Origin: Chara braunii
Taxonomy: Eukaryota; Plantae; Charophyceae
Reading direction: 5' to 3'
Length of the DNA stretch: 64,000 nucleotides
NCBI GenBank assembly: GCA_003427395.1
Contig: BFEA01000002.1
Location: forward strand, 2,764,709 to 2,828,708
Made by a program: the position numbers and the translations under genes. Of this stretch, positions 1 through 11,747 are shown in pieces. A model generated the notes under the pieces. That model was not told where the DNA came from and searched no databases. It worked only from the letters and a program-made list of their open reading frames with translations. Positions within the stretch are counted from its first letter, which is position 1; every line of letters begins with the position of its first letter.

Positions 1-1342
1 AGCTCGTGAAAACGTGTCGCTCCCTCATAACCCATGACCAATCGTCGCCAAAAATACCAGTCCCCCTGGCGACACCAGCGACAATCAAACTGCAGCCGCC
101 ACACGGCGTGAGCGGCCGGCCAGGGCAACACAGTCAAACCCGTATAAGGCAATATTAAAGTCGGGGAATCAAAACGCTCAATCAAGACAAACCCGTTCCC
201 CCTTATATCACAAGCCCGAGGCGGGTCTCACCAGCACACTTGCTCCGTTCGCCTCTGCGCGCGCCGTACGTCCGCATCGCAGTACACGCTGTCGTCATCT
301 GTGATGGGGAAGGTCGGTAGCGAGACGAGACGATCAGAGGTAGGCGATGAACACGGGCAAGATCCCGCGCTCCAAGTCATCCGAACCAACATCGACTCCA
401 TACAACACTCGATGCAACCTTCTCTCTCAGGGTTAGTGCGTCGGAGGAAGATGGCGAAATCGAAAATCTCTTCCCCTTGTGGGGGCGTCGACTGCGCGCG
501 CAGACGCAGGCGATCGACGTCACCGGTACGGGGACGAGAAGCTCAAAAAGGAAGGCGGGAGAGAGAGAGGGAGAGAGCTTACACCGACAACGCGCACGTG
601 CGTGAAGGGCCGCGGAAGGGAGGGGAACAACGGGATTAACACACTCGTACTCCTAGGCAAACAGTCCCCCAGTTCAGTTTCCCCGTCCCGACCCGGACAA
701 GTACATACGCACATGCATGCAAACAATCAACAACCCTTGACAGGACATCTAATCATCCATAGACCTTCGACATCACTCATGCGCACAACCAGCTCCCATC
801 ACTCGGGGCTTCACACATACGACATGCATAGACAAAGCAGCAATGGAGATAAAAGCGAGGCCTTCTTGTACACAAAAATTCCAATTAACTGCCGCCCCCA
901 GGCGCAACCTTCGAGCCTCCCAAGACCACCGACCACCATAGCCACAAGGCCCTGCCGCGGCCGGCGTCGAATCCCCACCACTGCTCGGTCCCTCCGACTG
1001 CGTCGCCCCGAGACTACCGCGGGTCCACCCCACGTCGTCACTCCGCCCGTCCTTTGGCTCGTCGAGCCTGTTCGGCGCCGTGGACTTTCGCGCATAGCTC
1101 GAGCAGCATTGCAGCCGAGATCAAAGAGAGGGAGAGGAGAGGGTTGCGCGGATTTATAGCGCGGGAGGCGGCGGGTTGCCAGCGCGAGGTGCGGGCAGCG
1201 CAGGGTGTAGATGAGCAGGACAAGAGAAAAGTGGGGAGTTAGGGGGCTCGACCCGCGGGGTTGCATGGTCCTATGTGATTGGGGTGTTCGTCCAAGTGGT
1301 GCGCGTTTTCCCGCTCTCCACATTGATCCGAGCATCCCAACT
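1..1342 (-). repeat. LTR-like repeat copy 1 (partial: cut by window start and N-gap)
   Basis: Near-identical to ~16341-17683. Confidence 0.9.
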
Positions 1343-2300
1343 NNNNNNNNNNNNNNNNNNNNNNNNNNNNNNNNNNNNNNNNNNNNNNNNNNNNNNNNNN
1401 NNNNNNNNNNNNNNNNNNNNNNNNNNNNNNNNNNNNNNNNNNNNNNNNNNNNNNNNNNNNNNNNNNNNNNNNNNNNNNNNNNNNNNNNNNNNNNNNNNNN
1501 NNNNNNNNNNNNNNNNNNNNNNNNNNNNNNNNNNNNNNNNNNNNNNNNNNNNNNNNNNNNNNNNNNNNNNNNNNNNNNNNNNNNNNNNNNNNNNNNNNNN
1601 NNNNNNNNNNNNNNNNNNNNNNNNNNNNNNNNNNNNNNNNNNNNNNNNNNNNNNNNNNNNNNNNNNNNNNNNNNNNNNNNNNNNNNNNNNNNNNNNNNNN
1701 NNNNNNNNNNNNNNNNNNNNNNNNNNNNNNNNNNNNNNNNNNNNNNNNNNNNNNNNNNNNNNNNNNNNNNNNNNNNNNNNNNNNNNNNNNNNNNNNNNNN
1801 NNNNNNNNNNNNNNNNNNNNNNNNNNNNNNNNNNNNNNNNNNNNNNNNNNNNNNNNNNNNNNNNNNNNNNNNNNNNNNNNNNNNNNNNNNNNNNNNNNNN
1901 NNNNNNNNNNNNNNNNNNNNNNNNNNNNNNNNNNNNNNNNNNNNNNNNNNNNNNNNNNNNNNNNNNNNNNNNNNNNNNNNNNNNNNNNNNNNNNNNNNNN
2001 NNNNNNNNNNNNNNNNNNNNNNNNNNNNNNNNNNNNNNNNNNNNNNNNNNNNACACAGCGCGTCTCGACGCGCAAACTTTGGGCATAAGAGAAGAAGATG
2101 ATGAAGAGGGAGAAGGAGAGAAGCTGGGAGAGGTAGGCGAGGGTGATCAGAGGAAGTGATCGATGTCGGGATTGAGAGGGGGCGGAATAGGTGGAAGAAA
2201 AGCAGCCATTGCCGCAGGAGTCGTCGGCGCATGGTGCTGGACGAACGAGAGATAGAGGAAGGCCCCCGGCACATGAGACAGGACACGTGGCGCCAGATCC

Positions 2301-2830
2301 ACCGCGCAGGCCGGGCAATTCTGAACGGTGTATTTCACATCTTCCCGAATTCCCGACCAGTACCATCCATTCTTTTCGATGGCTTTTTCCGTGCACTTGA
2401 CCACGAAATGGACCGCATCCTCTTCATAAGCGGCTCGTGTCCAATCGAACCTAGCGAAAGGGTGCGGAAACGTCAACCAGCTAGTCCCTCCGTCATCATC
2501 GACTTTCCGTTTTTGTAACGTCGGTCCCTGCCAGCGATAGTCCTGCGCCCACTCCGTGACTCTCCGCCGCTCGGCTTTGGTAAGTTCTGAGAGCGAGTCG
2601 CCTGACAGCCTCCGTAGCAACAGAAGGTCTGTCCAGACTTCCGCCCGGCGGACACTTGGCACATATCCGTCAGTTGTTCGTGCATCCAGATACTGTTTCT
2701 CGGTAGGGACTTGGTCCGTTCTACAGTTGGGACAGACCCACGTCTTTTCACTTCGGTACCTAACGCATTGTCCGTGGGACTTCACCGCTTGACACCGACT
2801 ACACTGCACCCAAAAAAGAAAACTGGGCCC
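2301..2830 (-). pseudogene. Extra duplicated fragment of the PHD-finger / integrase N-terminal region
   Basis: Matches ~11080-11580; ORF 2147..2809 reads QCSRCQAVKSHGQC...WVCPNC...WYWSGIREDVKYTVQNCPAC. Confidence 0.85.
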
Positions 2831-3188
2831 GTGTTGCTCTAACTTTCGTACCTACTAAGGCCACCGACTTGTACTCCCGCGGCCATCTGGAGAGGAGCTC
2901 AAGATGTATGAGCTCCAACAATCCCGGATCGATCGTCTGGAGCTGGGCGAATGGGTACAGTGCCACCGTCCCTTCCTTCTCCACTGGCTTGGGCCGTGTG
3001 ATGACGTAGTAGACGACGAAGTGCTCCCCGATGCAGTGGTCTTCGTGATCCACGAAGAACCGGAACATCCCCAGTGCCACCGACTAGTACAACGCACGGT
3101 GCAACTCCCACGCATCTTCGTCGGCGAAGGGCAGCGGCTCCACATCAGTAAGTTCCACCAAATACTCCGAGAACGCGCGCATGGGATA

Positions 3189-3563
3189 CGTGATCTTATA
3201 TCGACCTTTCTAAGTACGCTCGGACTAGAGCTAAACAAAGAAATTAAGATATCACATATTGATTCCGGATTCTTCTTCCTAGGTACCCAAATATCGCGTG
3301 GTAAAAGCAGAAGGTACGAAAGAAGGAAAAGATTGGTGTTGCATGCACCCATCAGGAAACTGTTAAGTACACTGCGAGAACAGGGATTTTTGAAAGGAGA
3401 CTTTATACCCACGGCAAAACGTGGAATAGTCCCCATNGATCATGCTGACATATTAAGATTCTACAATCAGAGAATACTCGGAATTCTGAATTACTACTCT
3501 TTCGTGGACAATCGATCATCATTATGGTCGATAGTTCACTTAATGAAGGAATCTTGTCAATGA
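3189..3563 (+). pseudogene. Fragment of a group II intron-encoded RT/maturase (RT subdomain 7 + domain X), probably organellar
   Basis: LGLELNKE..SHIDSGFFFLGTQI...LVLHAPIRKL...HADILRFYNQRILGILNYYSFVDN; AT-richer than flanks; absent from the homologous right copy (9432-9470). Confidence 0.85.
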
Positions 3564-3576
3564 AGAAGGGAGGCAT

Positions 3577-4125
3577 TTAGTACGGGACAGGGGGAATAGC
3601 TTGGAAGTTGAGAGGAGCAGCGGGAGGAAGAAGCGCGGGGAGTTGTGGCACCAATGCAATGGGTCCGTCCTCTGCCCTGCACAGCAGCACTTCGTGGGCT
3701 GTGAATCGGTGCCCCCCCCGTCCTTGCAATCTGGCCACTGATCTGGCCGCTTCCACCGCGTATTCGCGCACAAAACTTTGCGCCGGCTCCTGATTCGGTT
3801 GCGGTAGGATCGTCAAGTCGCCGATAAAGGTGGCGACGCTGTGCACGAAGTTGCGTGCCACCTGGAGCGCGCGAAACTCAATGAAGACTCGAGTCGTCTC
3901 CCGACCAGGCAACTGCGTCACGTCCACGTACACCCCCGCATACGTCAGCCGATCGCAAAGCAGCGAGTACGCCGCCAAATCAGCAACCCCAGGCGCTGGC
4001 ACGTTCACCTGCTGAATGTCGTACCGCAACTGCCTTTCCTCATTGAACCGATGCCGCAACAAGCGATCTGCAAGCGGCGTCTGGAAATGCTCGAGGGCCT
4101 CATGCTCCGGCTGGCGATGGTTCAT
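3577..4125 (-). CDS. Retroelement extra ORF A, left copy (open, ~182 aa from ATG), possible RRM-like fold
   Basis: Open in this copy; homologous to 9487-10035; ATG overlaps the end of the integrase ORF. Confidence 0.6.
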   Translation of the reverse strand: MNHRQPEHEALEHFQTPLADRLLRHRFNEERQLRYDIQQVNVPAPGVADLAAYSLLCDRLTYAGVYVDVTQLPGRETTRVFIEFRALQVARNFVHSVATFIGDLTILPQPNQEPAQSFVREYAVEAARSVARLQGRGGHRFTAHEVLLCRAEDGPIALVPQLPALLPPAAPLNFQAIPPVPY

Positions 4126-6013
4126 CCTGCTCCCTGAAACTCTCAGCACCAATGGATGAGGCAGATCGGGAAGAGGAGGAGGAGGAAGAAGGAGAGGGTG
4201 ATCTCACCGGAACGGGAGCCCGTAGGGGACCTAGCGATGGCTGGAAGGGCCGGAGCGCGGCAGCGTGCCGTGTCAACGGTCAGGCCTGGGAGTTGTAACG
4301 GGGACTCAGCTTCACGGAGTGCTGTCCCTGTGCGCCAACTTCCGTGACCTCGTAAATGCCTGTGTAGCGCTGGTGGATCTTGGAGGAGCGTGCAGATTTC
4401 CGTACCTGCACCAAGTCCCCAACTTTATAGCGGGGCAGTGGTCCCGCCGACGCGTGTCGATTCTCGTAGTCACGGATCTGCCGTTGATGTGTCCGATCTA
4501 CGGCCTGCTGTCGACGGCGAGCTAACGGGGGNNNNNNNNNNNNNNNNNNNNNNNNNNNNNNNNNNNNNNNNNNNNNNNNNNNNNNNNNNNNNNNNNNNNN
4601 NNNNNNNNNNNNNNNNNNNNNNNNNNNNNNNNNNNNNNNNNNNNNNNNNNNNNNNNNNNNNNNNNNNNNNNNNNNNNNNNNNNNNNNNNNNNNNNNNNNN
4701 NNNNNNNNNNNNNNNNNNNNNNNNNNNNNNNNNNNNGCGGGCCTTATCTCGGTTCTGGGACCGTGTTGCTCTAACTTTCGTACCTACTAAGGGGGACAAT
4801 TGTACCCGAGGGACACTATTGGTTCTCAGTTGAAAGGGGGACACCCCAGTACTACCGTGTGGGGTAGCCCGATAATCGGCCAAGATGTGGTCAACAATGA
4901 CCGGCCAGGGCCGGGTGTCTCCCGCGGTGATATTCCGTCTAAGGGCGGTCTTAATCATTCGGTTGGCATTCTCTACCAGGCCATTGGCTTGAGGCCAATG
5001 CCCCGGCGAGTAGATAATCTTAACGTCCGCCCTGACTAGGTGACGTTCTACTTCGCCTTGAAATTCTGACCCATTGTCCATGTGTACCTCTTCTACGTCT
5101 AGATGCATGCAAAAAAATCGATTTACGTACCAGGCTACTTCCTGCGAATTCCGGCTGGTCATAGGGTACGCCGCTATCCATTTCAAAAAATGATGGACGG
5201 CCACTAAAAGAACATTGAGCTCTCCCTGATCGACGGGACCTGTCGGAACGTTGATATCCGTCGTGTCAATGCTAACCCTTTGAAAGGGGCGGTCTACCCG
5301 AGTGGGCACCATCGTCCAATGCATCTGTACCGGCGCCTTGTCCGCCGCGCAGGCCGGGCAATTCTGAATGGTGTATTTCACATCTTCCCGAATTCCCGAC
5401 CTATACCATCCGTTCTTTTCGATGGGTTTTTCCGTGTACTTGACCGCGAAATGGACCGCATCCTCTTCATGCGGCTCGTGTCCAATCGAACCTAGCGAAA
5501 GGGTGTGGAACCGTCAACCAGCTAGTCCCTCCGTCATCATCGACTTTCCGTTTTTGTAACGTCGGTCCCTGCCAACGATAGTCCTGCGCCCACTTCGTGA
5601 CTCTCCGCCGCTCGACTTTGGTAAGTTCTGACAGCGAGTCGCCTGACAGCCTCCGTAGCAACAGAAGGTCCGTCCAGACTTCTGCCCGACGGACACTTGG
5701 CGCAAATCCGTCGGCTAATCGTGCATCCAGATACCGTTTCTCGGTAGGGACTTGGTCTGTTCTACAGTTGGGACAGACCCACGTCTTTTCACTTCGGTAC
5801 CTAACGCATTGTCCGTGGGACTTGACCGCTTGACACCGGACTGCACTGCACCCACAAAAGAAAACTGGGCCCTCCCGGATGTGACCCTTCTTGGTCCGGG
5901 ACCATAGGCAAGGTATAGAAGAAACAAGGACTTAGATGTGTTTCAGGGAACGAGTAGGGACTAGACGAGAGAGCGAGGGAGTTGGATGAGGGCAAAGAGA
6001 TAGCGTCTGCCAT
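4100..6013 (-). pseudogene. PHD+integrase ORF, left copy (frameshifted, contains an N-gap)
   Basis: RPFQRVSID, HMDNGSEF, PQANGLVE (D,D35E core) and PHGSTGVSPF motifs. Confidence 0.9.
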
Positions 6014-6038
6014 CTCCGGAGAAACCTCCTTTCCGGAC

Positions 6039-6340
6039 TCAGGCGTCGTTCTTGCGCAGCACGTGTAGCTCCTAGTGCAGTTTTGTCGCCGCGACTTCTG
6101 GCCTCCACAGAATGAGTCGCTCGTTGCCGGGACACTTGTTGGGCGGCGGGAGGCACGTCAATCCATCGGCGTTACCATGCTACCGCGTGGCATGGTGGCG
6201 GATGTCGAAGTCATAGTCTTGCAGACGCACCGCCCACCTGCCTAGCATCCCCGTGTAGTCCGTGTTGTTGTGTAGGGACAGCGGCGGCTGATGATCCGTG
6301 ACCAGCACGAATTTCTGGTCGTAAAGATACGGTCGGAAAT
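6039..6340 (-). pseudogene. RNase H C-terminal fragment, left copy, fused directly to a truncated LTR-like repeat
   Basis: Matches 11748-12052; junction ggaaatg|gtagcgag at ~6341. Confidence 0.85.
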
Positions 6341-7775
6341 GGTAGCGAGATGAGACGATCGGAGGTAGGCGATGAACACGGGCAAGATCCCACGCTCCCG
6401 GTCATCCGAACCAACATCGACTCCATACAACACTCGATGCAACCTTCTCTCTCAGGGTTAGTGCGTCGGAGGAAGATGTCGAAATCGAAGCTCTCTTCCC
6501 CTTGCGGGGGCGTCGACCGCGCGCGCGGACGCAGGCGGTTGACGTCACCGGTACGGGGACGAGAAACTCAAAAAGGAAGGCGGGAGAGAGAGAGGGAGAG
6601 AGCTTACACCGAGAACTCGCGCGCCCTCGAAGGGCCGCGGAAGGGAGGGGAACAACGGGATTAACACACTCGTACTCCTAGGCAGACGATCCCCCAGTTC
6701 AGTTTCCCCGTCCCCACCCGGACAAGTACATACACACATGCACGCAAACAATCAATAACCCTTGACAGGACATCTAATCATCCATAGACCTTCGACATCA
6801 CTCATGCGCACAACCAGCTCCCATCACTCGGGGCTGCACACATACGACATGCATAAACAAAGCAGCAATGGAGATAAAAGCGAGTCCTTCTTGTACACAA
6901 AAATTTCAATTAATTGCCGCCCCCAGGCGCAGCCTTCGAACCTCCCAAGACCACCGACCACCATAGCCACAAGGCCCTGCTGCGGCCGACGTCAAATCCC
7001 CACCACTGCTCGGTCCCTCCGACTGCGTCACCCCGAGACTACCGCGGGTCCACCCCACGTCGTCACTCCGCCCGTCCTTCGGCTCGTCGAGCCTGTTCGG
7101 CGCCGTGGACTTTCACGCATAGCTCGCGCAGCATTGCAGCCGAGATCAAAGAGAGGGAGAGTAGAGGGTTGCGCGGATTTATAGCGCGGGAGGCGGCGGG
7201 TTGCCAGCGCAAGGTGAGGGCAGCGCAGGGTGTAGATGAGCAGGACAAGAGAAAGGTGGGGAGTTAGGGGGTTCGACCCGCGGGGTTGCATGGTCCTATG
7301 TGATTGGGGTGTTCGTCCAAGTGGTGCGCGTTTTCCCGCTCTCCACATTGATCCGAGCATCCCAACTACGCGGCCAATCACTTCGCGGAGAAGATGGGGC
7401 AAGGATCGAGCTGGGCGGAGGGGAAGACGAAGAGTCTGGCATGGGGGAAATGCGCGCAGCAAGAAGGGAAGATGGCGCGGGAATGCAAAGCAAGAAACGG
7501 GGGTGCGAGACGCGCGAAGAAGTCGGGGCTTAGGCGCGCGCACGCAAAAATTCAAAAAGTCCCCACCGAAACCGTTTCTTGGTTTTCATGCCGCGGCCGC
7601 TATTCGCCCGCGCGGGAGTTATTAACCAAACAAAATGAAAAAGCCGTTTCGAAAAGAAAACAAAAGCAAAAAGAGAGAAACCCCCCTGTTTGTCCGCATC
7701 CGTGGCTCGGGGCTTCCGCGGAGTTTTACCTCAGGGATACGGCAAGCTGCGCGGTACGGATCTGAGCTTATCACA
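6341..7775 (-). repeat. LTR-like repeat copy 2 (PBS-proximal ~850 bp deleted); begins TGTGATAAG on minus strand
   Basis: Near-identical to ~16656-18091. Confidence 0.9.
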
Positions 7776-7784
7776 TCTGTGATA
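7769..7784. other. Palindromic att-like junction TATCACA-TC-TGTGATA between adjacent element copies
   Basis: Perfect 7-bp inverted repeat with 2-bp spacer; its left half is identical to the outer terminus at 18085-18091. Confidence 0.8.
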
Positions 7785-7994
7785 CGCAGGGGGTTCCGAA
7801 AAATAAGCAGTCTCCCGACTGCTGATGTCATCATATCTTCGATGATCGGGCGGCCTCTTCATCGTCAGCTGGCCTGGTCATCTTCCTAATCTACGTGGAT
7901 GCATACTGCATCCTCCATCACCTCCTCCCATAGTATACATCCGATCGGGCGGTCTCTTCATCGTCAACTGTCCCGATCGGTAAGTAGTTTTTAA

Positions 7995-8021
7995 TTTTTT
8001 TTTTTTTTTTTTTTTTTTTTT
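7995..8021 (-). repeat. Poly(A) tract (T-run on plus) in the 3' region of the element
   Basis: About 27 consecutive T. Confidence 0.9.
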
Positions 8022-8330
8022 ATACACAGCGCGTCTCGACGCGCAAACTTTGGGCATAAGAGAAGAAGATGATGAAGAGGGAGAAGGAGAGAAGCTGGGA
8101 GAGGTAGGCGAGGGTGATAAGAGGAAGTGATCGATGTCGGGATTGAGAGGGGGCAGAATAGGTGGAAGAAAAGCGGCCATTGTCGTCGGCGCATCTTCCT
8201 CCTGGAAGTGGTGCTGGACGAACGAGGGATAGAGGAAGGCTCCCGGCACATGAGACAGGATACGTGGCGCCAGATCCACCACCGCTCGCACCACCCGCTT
8301 GCATACCGATCGGGGCCCTGGACCCGTCAT
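8020..8330 (-). pseudogene. Possible short extra ORF C (Pro/Ser-rich); frame and end uncertain
   Basis: ATG at 8330 shortly after the ORF B stop; partly conserved in left copy 2054-2300. Confidence 0.3.
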
Positions 8331-8342
8331 CACCACATGAGT

Positions 8343-9486
8343 CTAGGTGTAAGGCCGTCGTTCCCGCTTCTGCGCTGCGAAGACAAGGAAGTGGTACATC
8401 ACATTGGGACGCTGCCCGGTCTCGTAGATGAGCGTCCCAATCAGTCGCGCCTCAATACACCCTTGAAAAGGGGGTGTCAGATATGGTCCCCAGGCCGGAT
8501 CAGGGTGCGGCGCCCCAGCAATGGCCTCGAGCCTGATGGTGGCGGGCTCCACCATGAAGTCCACCTCTGTCGGATGGACCGTCCGGCGCGGAGGAACTAC
8601 CAATGTCAATGAGCGGGGCACCCCGGGGTGACTGGCGGGAACGGAGAGGTCCCGCGAGGACGGGGGGNCTAGATATGGGATCCGGAAATCCCATTCGGCT
8701 TCCTCCTCCGGCTGCTGCTGCTGATGATGGCCCGACTCCATCAAGATTGAGATCGGGCACACGCGGAAAGGGCGGCGATGGCACGACAGTCTCCTTAACG
8801 AGCGTCGCCGCACTCCCAGGCACGGGGTCAGGATTCCGCGTACGCGCGGGCTGAATCACCTCCTCGCCGCCGCCGATCCTGCTGCCTTGCGCTCCTAGAG
8901 ACGGGTGGCGTCTCTTCCTCTTCAGCGTCTTCTTGGGGGCCTTCGGGGGCGCCGGTCGCAGATACGACGAGGGAGGCCGCAATGGCTTTTCCTCTGGGAA
9001 GCCCTCCAACCTCTTCGCGCACTGCGCAATGTAATCCGGGATGACGACTGCGTTGTACGTTCTCCGCGGGGCCGTCGCTGTCCGCAATCGTGGTTGGATC
9101 TCCTCCTTCTCGCTCGCGATCACTTGCACAATGGAGAGGAGCTCAAGATGTATGAGCTCCAGCAATCCCAGATCGATCGTCCGGAGCTGGGCGAATGGGT
9201 ACAGCGCCACCGTCCCTTCCTTCTCCGCTGGCTTGGGCCGTGTGATGACGCAGTAGACAACGAAGTGCTCCCCGATGCAGTGGTCTTCGTGATCCACGAA
9301 GTACCGGAACATCCCCAGCGCCACCAACTTGTACAGCGCACGGTGCAACTCCCACACGTCTTCGTCGGCGAAGGGCAGCGGCTCCATGTCAGTAAGCTCG
9401 ACCAAATACTCCGAGAACTCACGCATGGGATAAGGGCCCTCCGTGAGTTGATAGGGGAGGGTGGTGTAAGAGAAGAAGGGAGGCAT
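8343..9486 (-). pseudogene. Retroelement extra ORF B (~380 aa if the frameshift near the n at ~8668 is corrected), unknown function, with a basic NLS-like KKTLKRKRR
   Basis: ORFs 8500..9486 and 8343..8813 overlap at a G-run/n; ATG directly follows the ORF A stop (TAAATG). Confidence 0.6.
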
Positions 9487-10035
9487 TTAGTACGGGACAG
9501 GGGGAATAGCTTGGAAGTTGAGAGGAGCAGCGGGAGGAAGAAGCGCGGGGAGCTGTGGCACCAACGCAATGGGTCCGTTCTCTGCCCTGCGCATCAGCAC
9601 TTCGTGGGTTGTGAATCGGTGCCCCCCCCGTCCTTGCAATCTGGCCACTGATCTGGCCGCTTCCACCGCGTATTCGCACACAAAACTTCACGTCGGCTCC
9701 CGATTCGGCTGCGGTAGGATCGTCAAGTCGCCGATAAAGGTGGAGACGTTGTGCACGATGTTGGGTGCCACCTGGAGCATGCGGAACTCAATGAAGACTC
9801 GAGTCGTCTCCCGACCAGGCAACTGCGTCACGTCCACGTACACCCCCACATACGTCAGTCGATCGCCAAGCAACGAGTACGCCGCCAAATCAACAACCCC
9901 GGGCGCTCGCACGTTCACATGTTGAATGTCGTACCGCAACTGCCTTTCCTCATTGAACCGATGCTGCAACAAGCAATCTGCAAGCGGCGTCTGGAAATGC
10001 TCGAGGGGCTCATGCTCCGGCTGGCGATGGTTCAT
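9487..10035 (-). pseudogene. Extra ORF A, right copy (one nonsense codon at ~9688)
   Basis: Colinear with the open left copy 3577-4125. Confidence 0.65.
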
Positions 10036-11722
10036 CCTGCTCCCTGAAACTCTCAGCACGAATGGACGAGGCAGATCAGGAAGAGGAGGAGGAGGAAGAA
10101 GGAGAGGATGATCTCGTCGGAACGGGAGCCCGTAGGGGACCTAGCGATGGCTAGAAGGGCCAGAGCGCGGCAGCGTGCCGTGTCAACGGTCGGGCCTGGG
10201 AGTTGTGACGGGGAATCAGCTTCACGAAGTGCTGTCCCTGTGCGCCAACTTCCGTGACCTCGTAAATGCCTGTGTAGCGCGGGTGGATCTTGGAGGAGCG
10301 CGCAGATTTCCGTACCTCCACCAAGTCCCCAACTTTATAGCGGGGCAGTGGTCCCGCCGACGCGTGTCGATTCTCGTAGTCACGGATCTGCCGTTGATAT
10401 GTCCGATCTACGGCCTGCTGTCGACGTCGAGCTAACGGGGGGTAGGCCCTAGCCATTAAGTCCATGTAGTGGCAGGCCTTATCTCGGTTCTGGGCCCGTG
10501 TTGCTCTAACTTCCGTACCTACTACGGGGGACAATTTCACCCGAGGGACACTATTGGTTCTCAGTTGAAAGGGGGACATCCCAGTACTACCGTGTGGGGT
10601 AGCCCGATAAACGGCCAAGATGTGGTCGACAATGACCGGCCAAGGCCGGGTGTCTCCCGCGGTGATATTCCGTCTAAGGGCGGTCTTAATCAGTCGATTG
10701 GCATTCTCTACCAGGCCATTGGCTTGAGGCCAATGCCCCGGCGAGTAGATAATCTTAACGTCCGCCCTGACTAGGTGACGTTCTACTTCGCCTTGAAATT
10801 CCGACCCATTGTCCATGTGTACCTCTTCTACGTCTAGATGCATGCACAAAAATCGATTTACGTACAGGGCTACTTCCTGCGAATTCCGGCTGGTCATTGG
10901 GTACGCCTCTATCCATTTCGAAAAATGATCGACGACCACTAAAAGAACATTGAGCTCTCCCTGATCGACGGGACCTCTCGAAACGTTGATATCCGTCGTG
11001 TCGATGCTAACCCTCTGAAAGGGGCGGTCTACCCGAGTGGGCACCATCGTCCGAGGCATCTGTACCGGCGCCTTGTCCGCCGCGCAGGCCGGGCAATTTT
11101 GAACGGTGTATTTCACGTCTTCCCGAATTCCCGACCAGTACCATCCGTTCTTTTCGATGACTTTTTCCGTGTACTTGACTGCGAAATGGACCTCATCCTC
11201 TTCATGAGCGGCTCGCGTCCAATCGAACCTAGCAAAAGGGTGCGGAACCGTCAACCAGCTAGTCCCTCCGTCATCATCAACTTTCCGTTTTTGTAACGTC
11301 GGTCCCTGCCAGCGATAGTCCTCCGCCCGCTCCGTGACTCTCCGCCGCTAGGATTTGGTAAGTTCTGACAGCGAATCGCTTGACAGCCTCCGTAGTAACA
11401 GAAGGTCCGTCCAGACTTCCGCCCGGCGGACACTTGGCGCAAATCCGTTTCTAGGTAGGGACTTGGTCCGTTCTACAGTTGGGACAGACCCACGTCTTTT
11501 CACTTCGGTACCTAACGCATTGTCCGTGGGACTTGACTGCTTGACACAGACTACACTGCACCCACAAAAGAAAATTGGGCCCTCCCGGATGTGACCCTTT
11601 TGGTCCGGGACCATAAGCAAGGTACATAAGAAACAGGGACTTAGATGTGTTTCAGGGGACGAGTAGGGACTAGACGAGAGAGCGAGCGAGTTGAATGAGG
11701 GCAAAGAGATAGCGTCTGCCAT
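10010..11722 (-). pseudogene. PHD-finger + retroviral-type integrase ORF (zinc-finger CPAC, D,D35E core, GPY/F-like RYTGIY)
   Basis: ORF 10151..11254 has VVVDHFSKW, HMDNGSEF, PQANGLVE; PHD remnants upstream; the TAG at 10151 is CAG in the left copy, extending the ORF to 10010. Confidence 0.9.
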
Positions 11723-11747
11723 CTCCGGAGAAACCTCCATTCCGGAC

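Noticed and set aside
301-1242. Plus-strand ORFs (112-226 aa) in the LTR-like repeats
   Set aside because: Lengths and frames differ among the three copies; GC-rich, no domain; probably incidental.
811-2396. Long ORFs spanning N-gaps (also 4390-4833 and 58232-59230)
   Set aside because: Artefacts of reading through N.
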